Below, piece after piece: positions 1 to 7,231 of a stretch of 32,000 nt of DNA; the first letter of the stretch is position 1, and the number at the start of each line of letters is the position of its first letter. The DNA is taken from contig PXDW01000025.1 in assembly GCA_003564925.1 (NCBI GenBank), positions 1-32,000 of the forward strand, given 5' to 3'. The position numbers and the translations under genes were made by a program. The notes below the pieces were generated by a model that was given only the letters and a program-made list of their open reading frames with translations, was not told the origin of the DNA and did no database searches. The DNA is from Candidatus Woesearchaeota archaeon. GTDB lineage: Archaea; Nanobdellota; Nanobdellia; Woesearchaeales; PXDW01.

Positions 1-1
1 G

Positions 2-145
2 ACAGAAGAATGGAACAATATGCTTGACAATGATAAAAATGTAATGATAAAATATATTCCAGGAATCTCCTATAAAAAATATATAGACGGTAAAAATCTT
101 CCAAAGATAAATAAGATAACTGGGATTTTTGACCAGGATACTTGA
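2..145 (+). CDS. 3' end of an unidentified CDS entering from the left edge (…TEEWNNMLDNDKNVMIKYIPGISYKKYIDGKNLPKINKITGIFDQDT*)
   Basis: Frame 2 is open from the window edge to TGA at 143-145. It is convergent with the HerA-like gene. No recognisable motif. Confidence 0.3.
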   Translation, partial: TEEWNNMLDNDKNVMIKYIPGISYKKYIDGKNLPKINKITGIFDQDT

Positions 146-158
146 TAATTTAAAATGA

Positions 159-1670
159 TTATTCTATATTTATACCTGAGAAATCTTTCTTGATTTTCGA
201 AACTTGATTTTCTTTAACAATATTTCTGAATAGAGGGATCTTTACTGGTATTGCAAATGATGTGAAGTTAGAAGTCACTATGGCCTCTCCTTTATCCAAT
301 GCTGCAATGTTTCTACTATCAGAACTTAAGTCTTGAGAAGCAGATTCTATTATTGCTTGCCTTTCTGGAGCCATCTCCATACCTAATATAATTTTTGTGT
401 TCATATTTGCAAGAACTTCTCGAGGTATTAAACTCGGAAGCTGTGTTATTGCAATCAATCCAATTTTAAATTTTCTCCCTTCACGAGCTATTGTTGAAAA
501 TATATTGCTTCCTTTTTCTAAAACATCTTTTCCAATAACTCTTGGAGCCTCTTCAATAACAATTGATATCACAGGCTTATCTTTTAATTCACCTTTGTTT
601 TTATAATGCTTATACATTCTAAATGTTTCTGATGTTATTAAGCTTCCAATCAGTATTTCGAGGTTTGAAGGAAAGCTGCTTGTATCGATTATTACTATTT
701 TGCTTTGCTCTAATTCTTTTACAATATCTTTTATCGTTGTTTCTCCAGAATTCAAGTCAAAAACACCTTTACAATATAATTTTTGCCCATCAAATTCTAG
801 ATCTAACAAGTTCATTAATCTTCTTTTTATAACAGATAATGTACTTTCCTGAATATTTTCAATAGGCTTTTCTAATATTATAGATTCGATCCATTTTTCT
901 CCAAATTTTTTATAGAATAGAGAAATAGCATCTTTTTGTGGAATGCTCCATTCCATAAAACCAAAATGACTTGGATTTAATGTTTTCAGGTTTATTTTTA
1001 GGGTTCTACATCCAACAGGAACATTTTCAGCAGTATAATAACTAACTTTTTCTTTTTTTTGATGATCTTTTAAACCCAATCCGTTTCTCCCATAATATTC
1101 ATCATGAGGATCTAACACTAAAAGACCGCAGTAATCCTCTTCTATAAGATTCCAAAGCATAACACTTGTCAAGTTTGATTTTCCTTTTCCAGTTGAAGCA
1201 GGCAAAAGAATATGATGTGACAAAACATCTTTTCCCCTAAGAAATATGGGCAGATTCATTACTTTTGAGCCTGTTCTCAAATTGCCAATAAAAAGCGGGT
1301 TAGAAGGCTTTTTCAAAAAAATCAAGTCATTATCTTTTATTTCTCTCACTTCCGAGAAAAATTCAGGAAGAACTTTTGATGTTTTTACGTTTTCTCCTAT
1401 AGTAATCAAGCTTTTTGCAAAAGCAATCTTATAATTTCTTAATTTTTCATCAAAAAAATCAATATTAAGGTTCTCTTCTAATCTCATTCCAGAAATAAGT
1501 TCAAGGTTCTGCTGTGATATTTGGCTACCATAAGCAAGTTCGTAAATTTGCAATAATATTTTTGTTTTTTCCTTTTCTGCTATGAGCAATTCCCCAAGTT
1601 CAAATTCTTCATTAGATTTTTGCCTTATTATTATCTCTCCAAATTTTCCTGAAATAACCTGTCCTTTCAT
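159..1670 (-). CDS. herA: HerA-like (FtsK/HerA superfamily, DUF87-type) hexameric ATPase
   Basis: N-terminal HAS-barrel-like segment ([15 protein letters not shown]…GELLIAEK). Walker A is ASTGKGKSN. HerA-type Walker B is [10 protein letters not shown]. Also IVIEEAPRV and [17 protein letters not shown]. The ORF track starts at TTG 1679; ATG at 1670 (MKGQV) is the more likely start. Confidence 0.8.
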   Translation of the reverse strand: MKGQVISGKFGEIIIRQKSNEEFELGELLIAEKEKTKILLQIYELAYGSQISQQNLELISGMRLEENLNIDFFDEKLRNYKIAFAKSLITIGENVKTSKVLPEFFSEVREIKDNDLIFLKKPSNPLFIGNLRTGSKVMNLPIFLRGKDVLSHHILLPASTGKGKSNLTSVMLWNLIEEDYCGLLVLDPHDEYYGRNGLGLKDHQKKEKVSYYTAENVPVGCRTLKINLKTLNPSHFGFMEWSIPQKDAISLFYKKFGEKWIESIILEKPIENIQESTLSVIKRRLMNLLDLEFDGQKLYCKGVFDLNSGETTIKDIVKELEQSKIVIIDTSSFPSNLEILIGSLITSETFRMYKHYKNKGELKDKPVISIVIEEAPRVIGKDVLEKGSNIFSTIAREGRKFKIGLIAITQLPSLIPREVLANMNTKIILGMEMAPERQAIIESASQDLSSDSRNIAALDKGEAIVTSNFTSFAIPVKIPLFRNIVKENQVSKIKKDFSGINIE

Positions 1671-1759
1671 AATAAACAAGAATAAAGCCTAGTTTAAAAA
1701 TATTATTGAATTAGAGAATAAAGAATCAAAAAATATAAAGAAAAAGGAAATTATAATAT

Positions 1760-1993
1760 TTATTTCCTTCCTCTAGCCATCTTGGCTCTTGAAATATCTC
1801 CGTTTTTATCAACAAAATATAAATATCCTGGTTGTTTTTGGCATCCAATTTTGCATACTTTTTCAATCTTTCCTGTCTTGCCTTTTTTCCTTCCTCTAGC
1901 CATCACAGCTCTTGAAATGTCACCTTGCTTGTCAACAAAGTACAGATATCCTTTTTCTTTTTTTACATTAGCTTTTTCTACCTTTTCAGCCAT
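1760..1993 (-). CDS. Small, very basic protein made of two copies of a GYLYFVDKxGDISRAxMARGRK motif; possible nucleic-acid binder
   Basis: 77 aa. The motif occurs at aa 15-37 and aa 55-77, an offset of 40 aa or 120 nt. The duplication is also visible at DNA level (1763-1831 versus 1883-1951). A strong SD (GGAGGT, complement of 2002-2007) lies 8 nt upstream of the ATG. Confidence 0.6.
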   Translation of the reverse strand: MAEKVEKANVKKEKGYLYFVDKQGDISRAVMARGRKKGKTGKIEKVCKIGCQKQPGYLYFVDKNGDISRAKMARGRK

Positions 1994-2001
1994 TTTTTTC
2001 T

Positions 2002-2007
2002 ACCTCC
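2002..2007 (-). promoter_or_regulatory. Shine-Dalgarno-like site (AAGGAGGT on the minus strand) for the 77-aa gene
   Basis: Plus strand reads tacctccttt. The reverse complement AAGGAGGTA lies 8 nt upstream of the ATG at 1993. Confidence 0.45.
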
Positions 2008-2113
2008 TTTGAATAATAATTTAGCGTTAAAATATCCGCCCCACGTCTATAAAATAAGAACGCTACTATTTAAATCTTTTCCTTTTTTAGGAGATTTTCA
2101 GACGAAAAATTTT

Positions 2114-2803
2114 TTAGCATTCCTCAATAGAAATGATTTTTGATATTTCATCACCACTAATAGAACATCCATTAAGTTTAAGTCCCCAAAGAAGGCCATC
2201 AACCAACGTTTTTCTAGAACTACTTATATCCAAGATATATTTATTAAGCAGCCCTTTCTCATATGCAATAAGAATCAGCTCTGTTGAGCGTATTACTTTT
2301 ATGTTTTTTGTGAAATTCTTTAGTTTTATTAAATTACTTGTATTTACGCTTATTGGCGTATGAAGCTTTTTTTGAAGTATATTTCTGAGCTTTTCAGGAT
2401 TTTCTACTAGGAGTCTTGTTGTTCTTTCATCTATAACAACAGCATCTGCTCTTGAAATGAAGGCGGCAGCAAGAACTTCCATTTCGGCATACTGCACAAT
2501 ATTTATATTTTTTCCATACCCAGAAAATAAGTTATTGGATATATCCAGTATTTGTTCTGTTCTTTGCTTTAAATCTGGCTTTTCAAACATCTCAAGAATA
2601 TTTTCTTTATACTCTTTAAAAACTTGCAAAGCCTCAAACTTAAACCTTTTTGAGTTTATTGGGTTGTCAATTGTTTCTTTCTTAACGCTTTGTGTTATGT
2701 AAAATTTGCCTTTGAATATTTTCTTTAATTCAGGCAATACCCATAATAAACTATTCATAGAAAGACTTATTATGGGCCCAGAATCAAACACCAATGATTT
2801 CAT
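2114..2803 (-). CDS. PIN-like (DUF3368/COG2405-like) predicted nuclease, enlarged form
   Basis: N-terminal LVFDSGPIISL (acidic residue 1). YAEMEVLAAAF (Glu). AVVIDERTTRLL (Asp). IRSTELILIAYEKGLL and a C-terminal LLWGLKLNGCSISGDE resemble the DUF3368 PIN pattern. Its start overlaps the stop of the upstream HTH gene by 4 nt (ATGA). Confidence 0.55.
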   Translation of the reverse strand: MKSLVFDSGPIISLSMNSLLWVLPELKKIFKGKFYITQSVKKETIDNPINSKRFKFEALQVFKEYKENILEMFEKPDLKQRTEQILDISNNLFSGYGKNINIVQYAEMEVLAAAFISRADAVVIDERTTRLLVENPEKLRNILQKKLHTPISVNTSNLIKLKNFTKNIKVIRSTELILIAYEKGLLNKYILDISSSRKTLVDGLLWGLKLNGCSISGDEISKIISIEEC

Positions 2804-3339
2804 TCAAAAATCCCTCTTGCAAATTTAAGTCTCTTTTCAATCGTAATGTTTTCTTTAAAAGTATCAGGTATCTTGGTTTTTCCGACATAACTCATTAACT
2901 CCCATTGGGATATGCCTAATAAATAAGAGGCCTGAGACATGGATATTCCATGATCATAAAGTTTGCTTCCTTTTTTTATTTGGGCCTGTTCAATAACTTC
3001 TTGGATATAGAGTTTTAACTTGGAGTCTTCTTTTGATATATTTTTTATAATGCTTTTTACAGATTTTCTGTATAAATTAAATTTATTTTCTGACAAAGCA
3101 TCCTTTGATTTTATAAGTGTTTTTACTATATTTTTATTTACAAAACCTTTTCTTTCAAATATTTTTGATAATGAATACATTATTACTGCAATGCTTAAAG
3201 AGTCTTCATCCTGAAAAATCGAGGCATTATGTATTGTATGGTTGCTTAGATCTTTAATCTTTGATATATCTCTGCAATAAATATGATTTAAAGATTCATC
3301 AAGTATCGATAAAATATCTTTTTTTATTCTTTCATTCAT
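2800..3339 (-). CDS. Helical protein with a C-terminal UPF0175-like helix-turn-helix; putative antitoxin or regulator partner of the PIN-like gene
   Basis: C-terminal ISMSQASYLLGISQWELMSYVGKTKIP resembles the UPF0175/COG2886 HTH that normally pairs with DUF3368 PIN proteins. It has a 4-nt overlap with the downstream PIN-like gene. Confidence 0.5.
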   Translation of the reverse strand: MNERIKKDILSILDESLNHIYCRDISKIKDLSNHTIHNASIFQDEDSLSIAVIMYSLSKIFERKGFVNKNIVKTLIKSKDALSENKFNLYRKSVKSIIKNISKEDSKLKLYIQEVIEQAQIKKGSKLYDHGISMSQASYLLGISQWELMSYVGKTKIPDTFKENITIEKRLKFARGIFE

Positions 3340-3432
3340 AATCTTTATAAAATATAGTTGCTATATAAATATGTCGGTGCATATTAATAAGTTTAAATTA
3401 AATATCCTACAAAAGCAATATAAAACAAAAAG

Positions 3433-3440
3433 TTTATAAT
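3433..3440 (+). promoter_or_regulatory. TATA-like box (TTTATAAT) upstream of the MCM-like gene
   Basis: Its 3' end lies 24 nt upstream of GTG 3464. That spacing fits an archaeal promoter producing a leaderless or near-leaderless mRNA. Confidence 0.3.
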
Positions 3441-3463
3441 TTTTAATCAATTACTATTTAAAT

Positions 3464-4651
3464 GTGAAAAGAAATTTTTTAGATATATTCAAGCTTGTTA
3501 TGCCTATTTCTAGTTATAAGAAGAGCTATCTAAAGAGACTTGGCAAATATCTTGACGAGAATGAGATAAAACAGGTAAGATACCTTTCTAAATTGGGCAG
3601 AATCGGTTTTTCAAATGCTAGCCTTGGTCTTAGTGAAAAGCTTATGCTAGATGTGGATTATCCCCAGCTTAATTTAGCTTCTACAGAAAAAGACATTAAA
3701 AAATTTGTTGAAAATATAAACTCCAACATACATTATAAAATAATGAAGTCAGCATTTAAGCAGTTTTCAGAAAATGCCGAAAAAAAAATAAAAAAATATG
3801 TAGCAGATAACATTGTTGGCTTAGATGTTGTTAAAGAAGCATGCATATTACAGCTTTTCGCATCAGACAGAATCCACATACTTTTACTTGGCGATCCTCA
3901 AACTGGAAAAACAGATATTGTAAGATCTATATCTAACCTGCATCCAATAACCAGCTTTGGTCTGGGATCTGGAATATCGGGAGTTGGGTTAGCATTGACA
4001 GCAAAAGGAGATAATATAATAAAAGGTCTTTTGCCAAAAGCAGACCAGGGAATATGCTGTATAGACGAATTAAATCTAATGAATCAAAAAGACCGGGCTT
4101 CATTATATTCAGCTATGGAAAAGGGATTCGTTGCTTATGACAAAGGGTCAAAACATGTACGACTTGATGCAAATGTTAGGGTTTTAGCAACAGCAAATCC
4201 CAAGCTTGATAAATTTGTAGGAAAAACAGTAGAGGTATTAAAAGAACAGCTTCCGTTTGACGAAGCATTAATCTCGAGATTCAACTTAGTTTTTTTAATA
4301 AGATATCCTGATATTAAGGGATTTCTAGAAATTACTAAAAAGATTGTGCATCAGGATCCGACTGTTTTAGTTAATGAGGACATAAGTTTTATTAAAGAAT
4401 ATGTTAGTTTTGCAGAGAACATAAAAGTCGATTTTCCTAAAGGCCTCGAAAAAGAGGTTGTAAATTTTGTTGAGTATTTAAAAAGAAATGAAGAAGATTT
4501 TTTAGTAAGCGTTGGACCAAGAACCATTATTGGGTTTATTAGGATGTGCAAGGCCAACGCACGCTTAAATCTAAGAACAGAAGTTACGAGAAAAGATATT
4601 GATAAGATAAAAAAAATATTTGAAGAAGTTCTTTTTATAAGAAGAAAATAA
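3464..4651 (+). CDS. MCM-family AAA+ ATPase lacking the canonical N-terminal OB/Zn domain (mini-MCM)
   Basis: Walker A is LLLGDPQTGKTD. Walker B is CCIDELNLM. Sensor 1 is VRVLATANP. The MCM-type arginine finger is ALISRFNLVF. Sensor-2 region is VGPRTIIGFIRMCKANARL. The protein is only 395 aa, with about 140 aa before Walker A and no Cys4 motif. GTG start. Confidence 0.7.
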   Translation: MKRNFLDIFKLVMPISSYKKSYLKRLGKYLDENEIKQVRYLSKLGRIGFSNASLGLSEKLMLDVDYPQLNLASTEKDIKKFVENINSNIHYKIMKSAFKQFSENAEKKIKKYVADNIVGLDVVKEACILQLFASDRIHILLLGDPQTGKTDIVRSISNLHPITSFGLGSGISGVGLALTAKGDNIIKGLLPKADQGICCIDELNLMNQKDRASLYSAMEKGFVAYDKGSKHVRLDANVRVLATANPKLDKFVGKTVEVLKEQLPFDEALISRFNLVFLIRYPDIKGFLEITKKIVHQDPTVLVNEDISFIKEYVSFAENIKVDFPKGLEKEVVNFVEYLKRNEEDFLVSVGPRTIIGFIRMCKANARLNLRTEVTRKDIDKIKKIFEEVLFIRRK

Positions 4652-4665
4652 TAATTATACAAAAG

Positions 4666-4673
4666 TATATAAA
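4666..4673 (+). promoter_or_regulatory. TATA-like box (TATATAAA) upstream of the hypA-like gene
   Basis: Lies 23 nt upstream of ATG 4696, which supports that ATG as the start and a leaderless transcript. Confidence 0.3.
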
Positions 4674-4695
4674 CTAACTCTTTTTGCTCTTGGGA

Positions 4696-5016
4696 ATGCT
4701 TGATACAATTGCTGCAAAAGAGGTTATTTCTCGTGCCAAAAAACATGGCGATGTTAAAAGGATAGTTGTCGAAGTTGGAGATTTTTCATCAACAAAAGCA
4801 GAAGATTTAGAGAAACTATTGAAAAAATTTGTGAATTGGGCTATTGAAGTAATAAAAAAGCCAGCATTTGTTAAATGTTTTTGTGGTTATGAAGGTGAAC
4901 CAAAAGTACTTGAAAGAACGAAGGACTTTGTTATGTTTTGCTGCCCTAAATGCATGCTTGTTCCTGAAGATATAAGTGGAACAAAAATTATATTGAAAAA
5001 AATAATTCTTCAATAA
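4696..5016 (+). CDS. hypA: HypA-like hydrogenase nickel-insertion/Zn-ribbon protein (divergent)
   Basis: Length and layout fit HypA. An N-terminal helix is followed by VKRIVVEVGDFSSTKAEDLEKL, compared with the xVxVxxGxLxxVxPExL pattern. The C-terminal Cys pairs are KCFCGYEG…FCCPKCML. The ORF track starts at TTG 4684. The protein begins MLDT, not the canonical MHE. Confidence 0.55.
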   Translation: MLDTIAAKEVISRAKKHGDVKRIVVEVGDFSSTKAEDLEKLLKKFVNWAIEVIKKPAFVKCFCGYEGEPKVLERTKDFVMFCCPKCMLVPEDISGTKIILKKIILQ

Positions 5017-5048
5017 ATTATTTAAATTCCAAACTCAATTGATTTTAC

Positions 5049-5429
5049 ATGGAAGTTGTATTGGTCTTCGGAAATCCTTATGCAGACGATGATAATCTGG
5101 CTATAGAGATAGCGCAGGACCTGAAGATTGACGGTGTTGATTTCAAAATACTTCAAAACCCCGATGATATTCTAAACTATAAAAAAAATGAAAGGCTGTT
5201 CATACTTGATGTTTTAAGGAATGTCGATGATTTTATACTTGTTAAAGACTACAAAAAATTGGAAGAAAGAAAGATATTCTCTGTTAAAGATTTTGATTTA
5301 GGTTTTTTCTTAGATTTAATCAAAAAAACAGGAAAATTGAAGGAGACAATTATAATTGGGATACCTGAGGACGGAGATAAATTCTTGCTAAAACAAAAAA
5401 TTAAAGATGTGATGGAAAGTTTTAAATAG
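5049..5429 (+). CDS. Hydrogenase maturation endopeptidase-like protein (HycI/HybD/FrhD family, divergent)
   Basis: VLVFGNPYADDDNLAIEIAQDL matches GNxxxGDDGxG. RLFILDV matches the second Asp site. The position equivalent to the conserved His (FSVKDFDLGFFLDL) reads Asp. ETIIIGIPED matches the C-terminal xxGIxP pattern. Confidence 0.55.
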   Translation: MEVVLVFGNPYADDDNLAIEIAQDLKIDGVDFKILQNPDDILNYKKNERLFILDVLRNVDDFILVKDYKKLEERKIFSVKDFDLGFFLDLIKKTGKLKETIIIGIPEDGDKFLLKQKIKDVMESFK

Positions 5430-5450
5430 TTTATTTTTACCTAAAAACTC

Positions 5451-6422
5451 ATGGGCAAGTTGCTTAAAAAAGAAGATTTGAATAGATTTCTTAGTAATCT
5501 AAAGGGAATATATGAAATAATTGCTCCAGTAAAAAAAGATATTGTTAGATATGATGTTATAAAAAATATAAATGAGATATATTTAGATGAAAAGCCTTTT
5601 TTTTCTGCAAAAAAATTCTTTTTTCCTAAAAAAGAAACTTTGTTTGATTTTCCTCAAAGAAGACATTTTAAAAAAAGAATGAAACCAAGGATAATATTCG
5701 GAATGAGAAACTGCGATGCGAATTCTTTGCTTGTTTTAGATAAACTTTATTTGGAAGGTTTCGTAGATGAAAAATACAAGCAAAAAAGGGAAAAAACCAT
5801 AATTATAACGATACCTTGCGATGAACCAGAAGAGAATTGTTTTTGTGGTTCTCTTAACCTGAAAGATTATTATGATTTAAAATTTATAGATATAGGTCCT
5901 TCTTATTATATTGAGGTCGGATCAGAGAAAGGAAAAAGGCTTGTGCACAGGTTTAAAGATCATAAGATGATTGGTGAAAAGCAGGATTTGGACTTTATAA
6001 AAATACTAAATAAAAGGAATGATTTGAAAAAATATTTTAATGACTCTTTATGGGAAAAAGAGGCAGAAAAGTGTTTAAGCTGTTCAATGTGCGTAAATAT
6101 ATGCCCAACATGCACCTGCTTCGATATAGTTGATGAAGTTGATCTTAGCCTTAAAGAGGGAAAAAGGTCAAGAATAAGCGACTCATGCCACCTTAAGTCA
6201 TTCACAGAAATTTCAGGAGGTAAAATTTTCAGAGAGAGCAGATATGAAAGATTAAGACATTTTGTTTTGCATAAGCTTCAATATTTTAAGGATAAGCATA
6301 ATATTAATTTGTGTATTGGATGCGGAAGATGTATAACTATATGCCCTTCTAAAATAGATTTGGTGGAGATCTCGAATAATTTGGGCAAAAATAAAAATCC
6401 TAAAAAACAAAATGATAAATAA
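5451..6422 (+). CDS. Sulfhydrogenase beta (HydB/AsrA-like) Fe-S subunit
   Basis: Two ferredoxin-type motifs, CLSCSMCVNICPTCTC and CIGCGRCITICP, plus an upstream PCDEPEENCFCG cluster. Its position upstream of a PyrK/AsrB-like gene matches the beta-gamma-delta-alpha order of Pyrococcus-type group 3b hydrogenases. Confidence 0.7.
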   Translation: MGKLLKKEDLNRFLSNLKGIYEIIAPVKKDIVRYDVIKNINEIYLDEKPFFSAKKFFFPKKETLFDFPQRRHFKKRMKPRIIFGMRNCDANSLLVLDKLYLEGFVDEKYKQKREKTIIITIPCDEPEENCFCGSLNLKDYYDLKFIDIGPSYYIEVGSEKGKRLVHRFKDHKMIGEKQDLDFIKILNKRNDLKKYFNDSLWEKEAEKCLSCSMCVNICPTCTCFDIVDEVDLSLKEGKRSRISDSCHLKSFTEISGGKIFRESRYERLRHFVLHKLQYFKDKHNINLCIGCGRCITICPSKIDLVEISNNLGKNKNPKKQNDK

Positions 6423-6454
6423 TATTTTGATAAATACACATTGGAATAATCAAA

Positions 6455-7231
6455 ATGGACTATAAGCCTATTCAAGTTGAAATTTTGAAGAAAGAGAAAT
6501 TTACAAAAGACACATTCTTGTTGAGATTGAAGCATAAAGTAAAAGACAATCCAGGAAAATTTTTGATGGTTGGTTTGCTTGGGATAGGCGAATGCCCCAT
6601 ATCTATATGCTCAAGCCAAAAATCATATACGGAGTTATTAATAAAGAAAAAAGGAAAAGTTACTCAAAAATTGTCGGAACTTAAAAAAAAAGATAAAGTT
6701 TATGTAAGGGGGCCTTTGGGTTCTGGTTATCCAATGGAAAATTTAGAGGGAAACAGTCTTGTTTTGATTGGTGTAGAATCAGGAATTGCTTCTTTAAGAT
6801 CTGTGGTTAAATATGTCGAAAAAAAAAGGACAAAGTATAAGGAAATTGAAATATTCCTGGGATTTAAAAATCCAGAGCGTATTATTTTTGATGAAGATAT
6901 AGAAAAATGGAAAAAACAATATAAAACCCACATGATTTTTGACAATAAAGATGAGTCCAATTTCTATGATATCTTTGCAACAGATTTATTTAAAAAACAA
7001 AGTATAAATTTAAACAAGGCTTTTGTTTTAATATGTGTGCCGCCGGATATGATAATTCCAACAATAAAAAAAACAAAGATCTTAGGATTTAAAGATAATA
7101 GGATATATCTAAGTCTTGAGAGGCATATGAAATGTGGTCTTGGAAAATGCGGACATTGCATGATAAAAGGTCATCATATTTGCGTAGATGGGCCTGTTTT
7201 TAGATATGATAATATATCGGATGATTTATAA
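6455..7231 (+). CDS. Sulfhydrogenase gamma (HydG/AsrB/PyrK-like) FAD/NAD(P)-binding subunit with a C-terminal [2Fe-2S]
   Basis: Ferredoxin-reductase-like fold signatures (VRGPLGSGY, LIGVESGIASL). C-terminal MKCGLGKCGHCMI…ICVDGPVF cluster motif. The stop overlaps the next start by 1 nt (TAATG). Confidence 0.75.
   Translation: MDYKPIQVEILKKEKFTKDTFLLRLKHKVKDNPGKFLMVGLLGIGECPISICSSQKSYTELLIKKKGKVTQKLSELKKKDKVYVRGPLGSGYPMENLEGNSLVLIGVESGIASLRSVVKYVEKKRTKYKEIEIFLGFKNPERIIFDEDIEKWKKQYKTHMIFDNKDESNFYDIFATDLFKKQSINLNKAFVLICVPPDMIIPTIKKTKILGFKDNRIYLSLERHMKCGLGKCGHCMIKGHHICVDGPVFRYDNISDDL

Noticed and set aside
2010-2075. Short inverted repeat AGCGTT…AACGCT flanking a GC-richer core (CCGCCCCACG) upstream of the 77-aa gene
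   Set aside because: The arms are only 6 bp with a spacer of about 30 nt. That is too weak to call a structured element or operator.
4351-4746. 131-aa minus-strand ORF overlapping the 3' end of the MCM-like gene and the hypA-like start
   Set aside because: Antisense to two well-supported genes. Composition-driven ORF with no motifs.
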